This document shows positions 59,778-64,000 of a stretch of DNA of 64,000 nt, in pieces. The notes beneath the pieces are model-generated. The model was not told the DNA's origin. It saw only the letters and a list, made by a program, of their open reading frames with translations, and ran no database searches. A program made the position numbers and the translations under genes. The stretch covers positions 64,001-128,000 of the forward strand of contig JAWLBL010000013.1 in NCBI GenBank assembly GCA_041687695.1, written 5' to 3'. Positions within the stretch are counted from its first letter, which is position 1. Each line of letters begins with the position of its first letter. Origin of the DNA: Myxococcota bacterium. GTDB lineage: Bacteria > Myxococcota_A > UBA9042 > PHBI01 > JAWLBL01.

Positions 59778-60829
59778 GCACGTCGGCCTCCCTGGCCGAC
59801 CGCTGGCTCGAGCCCATCATCTCCTCGAGCGAGCTGCGCGTGCAGGTGCGCCGCGGCAAGGTGATGGCGCGCAAGAACTGGGTCGAGAACCTGACGGTGC
59901 GGCCCGGGCTCATCACGGCGGATGTGCGCAACGACATCGGGGGGACCAACAGCGTCCGCATCCGGCAGTCGCACATCGACGACGCCCTGTGGGAGAAGGT
60001 GCTCGACCGCTTCGCGGGAGAGGGCGGCTTCGCGGCGAACCTGCTCGCGGGGCGCGTCACCGGCGAGATGCTCGACGTGTTCGACGAGGTCGGCGTCGAC
60101 CTCATCTGGTACTCGGTGCGAAGCGACGTCAGCAACTTCTGCACCTGCCGCGAGGACGCGCAGGTCTGCACGCACGCGGTGGCCGCGCACTTCGCGCTGG
60201 CCGACACGTTCACGGCCGACCCGTTCGTGCTCTTCGAGTTCCGTGGGCGGTCCAAGGACCAGATCCTCGAGGCGCTGCGCAAGCGGCGCCGCGCCGGAGA
60301 GGGGGCCGAGGGCGGCAAGGAGGCCGAGGGCGCCGCGGACTCGGGGCTCGAGCCGGCGGGAGAGGTCGTCGAGGGGTATTGGGAGCGCGGGGTGGTGCCT
60401 CACCTGGCGTTCCGGTTCGACGCCAAGGAGCTCGCGGGCGAGGAGACCATGCCGGTGCTGCGGGCGCTCGGCCCGGGCCCCGGCGAGACGTCCCCCGACG
60501 CCTTCGCGCAGGTGCTGGCGCCCATCGCCCGGCTCGCCCGGACGCGGCTCGAGGAGCTGCTCGAGCAGCTGGCCGAGGACGAGGCTCCAGGCGCCCCCGA
60601 CGTGACGCAGGCGGAGTCGCTGGACGATCTGCTGTACGCGGCCGCCGTCCAGCACGGCGAGTTGACGAGCTCGTTCGTCGCCGAGGCGCTGGGCATCAGC
60701 CAGATCGAGGCGCGTCGCTATCTGCAGTGGCTGGTCGAGGAGGGCCGCCTCGCGGTGGTCGGCCGCGCGCGCGGCACCAAGTACGTCCCGGTGATCGAGG
60801 CCGAGGAGCGCACGTCCGAAGAGCTCTGA
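59774..60829 (+). CDS. SWIM zinc-finger protein with C-terminal winged-HTH
   Basis: GTG overlaps SNF2 stop; CTC-x6-CTH SWIM motif, DPFVLFEFRG; C-terminal VAEALGISQIEARRYLQWLVEEGRL...RGTKY. Confidence 0.85.
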   Translation: MSTSASLADRWLEPIISSSELRVQVRRGKVMARKNWVENLTVRPGLITADVRNDIGGTNSVRIRQSHIDDALWEKVLDRFAGEGGFAANLLAGRVTGEMLDVFDEVGVDLIWYSVRSDVSNFCTCREDAQVCTHAVAAHFALADTFTADPFVLFEFRGRSKDQILEALRKRRRAGEGAEGGKEAEGAADSGLEPAGEVVEGYWERGVVPHLAFRFDAKELAGEETMPVLRALGPGPGETSPDAFAQVLAPIARLARTRLEELLEQLAEDEAPGAPDVTQAESLDDLLYAAAVQHGELTSSFVAEALGISQIEARRYLQWLVEEGRLAVVGRARGTKYVPVIEAEERTSEEL

Positions 60830-60850
60830 CCGGGCGGTCGCCAACGAGGG

Positions 60851-60920
60851 AGGCCGGGCATTCGACCCGGCCTTCGCGTCTCCAGAACACGAAAGGCCGG
60901 GCTCTGGACCCGGCCTTTCG
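60851..60920. terminator. Two near-identical hairpins between convergent genes (probable bidirectional terminator)
   Basis: aggccggg-7 nt-cccggcct (60851-73) and cgaaaggccggg-7 nt-cccggcctttcg (60890-920), each followed by tcgcgt. Confidence 0.65.
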
Positions 60921-60941
60921 CGTTTCGAAGGGGCTACGACG

Positions 60942-63275
60942 TCAGGGGCGAACGTCGACGAAAGAGACGCGATCGACGACGTGCAAGAGGTGGCCGAGCG
61001 TCCAGCCGCCCGGCGTGCCCAGATCGTCGAGGTCGACGCCGTCGGCCAGATCGAAGCTGTTGACCAGGACCAGGCTCACGTTGGTCGTGCGATCGCCGAG
61101 CTCGAGGCCCAGCTCGAGCAGCGCGTTCGGGTCTGGGACCGTGTAGGTCTCGACGCCCGAGAGCCAGACCGTCCAGTTCGCGCCCTGCTTGCCCTTGAAG
61201 AGGACGCGCTGGGTGTCGGCGCCCTCGAGCGGGAGCGCCGCGATCTCGCGCGTGTCGGGGTCCCAGGCGCTGCCCATCGGGAAGCCCAGGAACTCGCCCA
61301 TGTCGGGCGCGGCGGCCGGGGCCTCGCCGGGCGCCATGCGCTTCAGGATGGCGCTGCCGCCCTCGGGGCGCGGGTCGCCGCTGCTGGCGCGCAGCGAGGC
61401 GGCGACGACGGCGAAGGCGTAGGCGGTGTGGGGGCCGCCCAGGCCCGAGTGCAGGGGCGCCACCGGCAGCAGGTAGGGGTCCTTGGCGGGGGTCAGCGGG
61501 TCGGCGTCGGCCTTGCCGTCGAGGGGATCGGCGGCCGGGTCGCTGCTGTCGCTGCCGCCGTTGAGCCCGAGCGGGACGAACAGGCCGTCGGCGGTCAGGG
61601 CGCCGCCCAGGATGAACACCGAGTCGGCGTACCCGGCCGTGGCCATCGGCGGCAGGTCCGGCACCAGCACGTGGGTCTTCAGGCCCAGCGGGATGCGCAG
61701 CAGCGGGTCGACGTCGGTCACGTCGAGCGCGTCGCCGGTCGCGACGTCCAGATCGGGGTGATAACCCGACCAGAAGTTGCGGAACAGGGGGAACAGGGCG
61801 CTGACCAGCACGTTGAAGTCGACGCTGCCGCCGCCCACCGCGTCGAAGATGTCGTCGGCGAACTCGGCGACGGCGGTCAGCTCGATGCGGCCGCCCAGGG
61901 TCCACAGGCGGCGCTGCGCCGGGCCCGCCGTCAGCCAGAAGTCGCCCACGACCGGGTTGCCGGCGAAGCCGAAGGTGATGCCGCCGGGGATCTCGGCCTG
62001 GTCGGCCGTCTCGATGGGCAGGCCGGAGTCTTCCTCGAGGTAGCGCTTGACGTCGCCGCCCAGCAGCGACGGCAGGCTGAAGTCGAACAGGGCGCTCGAC
62101 AGCGCGAAGGCGTTGAGCGACAGCTCGAACTCGCCCGGCAGCGGGTAGAGCGACATGTCGGGGACGCCGTGGACCAGGCTGGCGCCGATGAGCTGGGTGC
62201 CTTCGGGGACGATCTCCTCCTCGGCGGTCAGCTCGACCTCGCCCCAGGACCACGCCGGGATGGGCAGGAGCAGGGCGCCGCCCTGGAAGCGCAGCCAGCT
62301 GACCCAGTCGGTGGCGTCGCCGAAGACGTGCACGTCCAGCCCTTCGGCCGGGACCGAGCCGCCGAAGCGGATGACGCCGTCGTCGGCGATGGCGCCCTTG
62401 TCGACGACCTCTCCGGTCCCGGCGTCGACCAGGGCGTAGTGCCCGGCGACCGGCGCCAGCGTGCCCTCGACCCGCGCGATGACCGTCACGGTCTCGCCGG
62501 CCGCCGGCACGACGTTGGTCAACGTGACGGTGGCCTGCTGGCTCGGGGCGCCGACCATCGACGCCGTCAAGGTGACCTCGCCGGCCGCGGCGCCGCCGGT
62601 CGCCACGCCGTCCGCCACGGCGATCACGGCGTCGTCGCTGCTGGCCCAGGTGACCTCGGCCGCCGTCACGACGTCCGGATTGGTGGGGTCGTAGGCCTCG
62701 ACCAGCAAGGCCGTGGTGGCGCCGGGCACCAGCACCGTGGGGGCCGAGACCACCCGCAGCGCCAGCCCGTCGACCGCCGTCGCCGCCTGGCACGCGCCGG
62801 CCACGCAGGCCTCGCCCGCGCCGCAGTCGCCGTCGGCCGCGCAGTACCAGACGCCGCAGACGCCGGTCGACGTCTCGCAGCGACAGTCGAAGCGCTCGTC
62901 GGTGCAGTGGCCCTCGGCGAAGCCCTGCGCTCGGCAGTCCCCGTCGGTCTGGCACTTGAAGACGGCGACGCAGCAGCCCTGCACGCAGTTCCAGTCGGCG
63001 ATGGGCTGCGGGCACAGCGACTTCTTGTTCTTGCCGAACTCGTCCAGGCAGGCGTGCTGGCAGGTGTCGGTGTCCTCGTCCGGGACGTCCGGCGCCACGT
63101 CGTGGCCGCCCTCGTCGCCGCCGACGTCGGCGCTCACCTCGTCGCCCGCGTCCGAGCCCGTGTCCTCGTCGCCAGTGTCCGCGCCGGCGTCGGCGTCCGG
63201 GCTCGCCGGCGCCGGGTCATCGCCGCACGCCCCCAACCACAACACCGCCGCCAGCCCCCATCGGGTCCACCGCAT
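60942..63275 (-). CDS. Large lipoprotein with acidic linker, Cys-rich repeats and an Ig-like (Big_2) domain
   Basis: Lipobox LGAC, Asp-rich spacer, CxxDGDC repeats, VTWASSDDAVIAVADG Ig-like motif, long beta-rich C-terminus. Confidence 0.75.
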   Translation of the reverse strand: MRWTRWGLAAVLWLGACGDDPAPASPDADAGADTGDEDTGSDAGDEVSADVGGDEGGHDVAPDVPDEDTDTCQHACLDEFGKNKKSLCPQPIADWNCVQGCCVAVFKCQTDGDCRAQGFAEGHCTDERFDCRCETSTGVCGVWYCAADGDCGAGEACVAGACQAATAVDGLALRVVSAPTVLVPGATTALLVEAYDPTNPDVVTAAEVTWASSDDAVIAVADGVATGGAAAGEVTLTASMVGAPSQQATVTLTNVVPAAGETVTVIARVEGTLAPVAGHYALVDAGTGEVVDKGAIADDGVIRFGGSVPAEGLDVHVFGDATDWVSWLRFQGGALLLPIPAWSWGEVELTAEEEIVPEGTQLIGASLVHGVPDMSLYPLPGEFELSLNAFALSSALFDFSLPSLLGGDVKRYLEEDSGLPIETADQAEIPGGITFGFAGNPVVGDFWLTAGPAQRRLWTLGGRIELTAVAEFADDIFDAVGGGSVDFNVLVSALFPLFRNFWSGYHPDLDVATGDALDVTDVDPLLRIPLGLKTHVLVPDLPPMATAGYADSVFILGGALTADGLFVPLGLNGGSDSSDPAADPLDGKADADPLTPAKDPYLLPVAPLHSGLGGPHTAYAFAVVAASLRASSGDPRPEGGSAILKRMAPGEAPAAAPDMGEFLGFPMGSAWDPDTREIAALPLEGADTQRVLFKGKQGANWTVWLSGVETYTVPDPNALLELGLELGDRTTNVSLVLVNSFDLADGVDLDDLGTPGGWTLGHLLHVVDRVSFVDVRP

Positions 63276-63325
63276 CGCTCGACCTCCCAGCCGCAGCCCA
63301 CTGAACTCATCGCGTCGCGCGGCGC

Positions 63326-63355
63326 ACTATAGACTTGCGGCGCCACGGGCAGCAA
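63326..63355 (-). promoter_or_regulatory. Candidate sigma70 promoter for the 63275 lipoprotein gene
   Basis: TTGCTG-18 bp-TATAGT on the minus strand. Confidence 0.5.
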
Positions 63356-63381
63356 TGGCGACGGGCCCGCCAGGCACGGTG

Positions 63382-63554
63382 ATCGAGTTCTGGTTCGGGC
63401 CACCGGACTGCACGAGCTCGCTCGTGCTCCGGCATGGCGCAGCTCGCTGCGCCCGCGAGGCTACAGTCCCATGCCTCCCCGCGCAGCTAGCTGCGCGGGC
63501 CCTCGAGCCCGAGCAAGCTCGGGCATTCCAACACGCCCGTAGCTAGAACTCGAT
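63382..63554. repeat. Nested palindromic element (REP/REPIN-like, or structured ncRNA)
   Basis: 14-bp terminal stem plus four internal 8-10 bp hairpins, all with an AGC-NN-GCT apex. Confidence 0.65.
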
Positions 63555-63577
63555 AGCCCTGGCCCGCCAGGGGCGGC

Positions 63578-64000
63578 TCAATCCCGGAACGCGACGCGGG
63601 CCTCGGCCTGGGCCACCGCGACCGTCCCGTCGGCCGCCACCAGCAGGGGCGACAGCCGGAACAGCGACAGCTCGGGGAAGTCGACCACGAGCTGGCCGAG
63701 GCGCACGAGGACGTCGGCGACCCGCGCACGCGCTTGCCCGAGGGCGAAGGGCGCCGTCAGGCGCATCGCGGCCCGCTGGCTGAGCGGGGCGCAGGCGGCG
63801 CGGGCGGGTGGCGCGTCCGGGTCGTCGTGGGCGAGGTGGACCAGGGGCCCGAACCGGGGATCGAGGCGGGCCCCGGCGACGAAGGTGCGCGCGGACGGCG
63901 GGACGGGGCGCACGGTGAAGGCGGCGTGCGGGTCCTCGCCGCAGACGTCGTCCCACAGGCGCAACAGCGCCGCCTCGAGGGCGTCCCCGTCGGTCAGCGG
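63578..64000 (-). CDS. 3' part of an acetate--CoA ligase-like protein (ATP-grasp domain, degenerate), truncated by window edge
   Basis: Frame open from 64000; LDPRFGPLV, APLS, DVLVRLGQLVVDFPEL...SPLLV resemble the ATP-grasp C-terminal domain of ADP-forming acyl-CoA synthetases. Confidence 0.65.
   Translation of the reverse strand, partial: PLTDGDALEAALLRLWDDVCGEDPHAAFTVRPVPPSARTFVAGARLDPRFGPLVHLAHDDPDAPPARAACAPLSQRAAMRLTAPFALGQARARVADVLVRLGQLVVDFPELSLFRLSPLLVAADGTVAVAQAEARVAFRD

Noticed and set aside
63382..63554. Retron msr-msd or 6S RNA
   Set aside because: No reverse transcriptase adjacent in the window; a multibranch of four hairpins does not fit the 6S rod with central bubble

Overview
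A very GC-rich (roughly 70-75% by eye), gene-dense bacterial chromosomal window. Gene content suggests a Myxococcota/deltaproteobacterial-type genome (inference from PEGA, PilZ, Cys-rich and vWA lipoproteins and the mfd-PPIase-surA-pdxA order). The housekeeping backbone is pdxA(partial)-surA-PPIase-mfd, an M16 peptidase pair, kynA, mazG-murJ, tRNA-Leu(GAG)-secG-tpiA-pgk, lnt-ECF sigma/anti-sigma, prkA-yeaH-spoVR, pgi, dauA, hisHA, a cystathionine gamma-synthase/lyase, hpt and a SNF2-SWIM pair. Many uncharacterised envelope lipoproteins lie between these genes. I saw no integrase, transposase, prophage, CRISPR array or rRNA. The most notable observations: (1) an ABC-F gene with a long interdomain linker, preceded by a complete candidate antibiotic-sensing translational attenuator (promoter, SD, 3-codon uORF M-K-N, stem hiding the ABC-F SD); (2) a lipoprotein/ABC-ATPase/MacB-type permease operon whose permease carries a 22-cysteine repeat insert in its periplasmic domain; (3) three divergent but alignable NTF2-like lipoprotein paralogues followed by a membrane pseudokinase and a FadL-like porin, directly behind the tRNA; (4) a ~173-bp nested-palindrome element (REPIN-like or structured ncRNA) near the right end. 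All family assignments come from recognising motifs by eye; no database searches were run.
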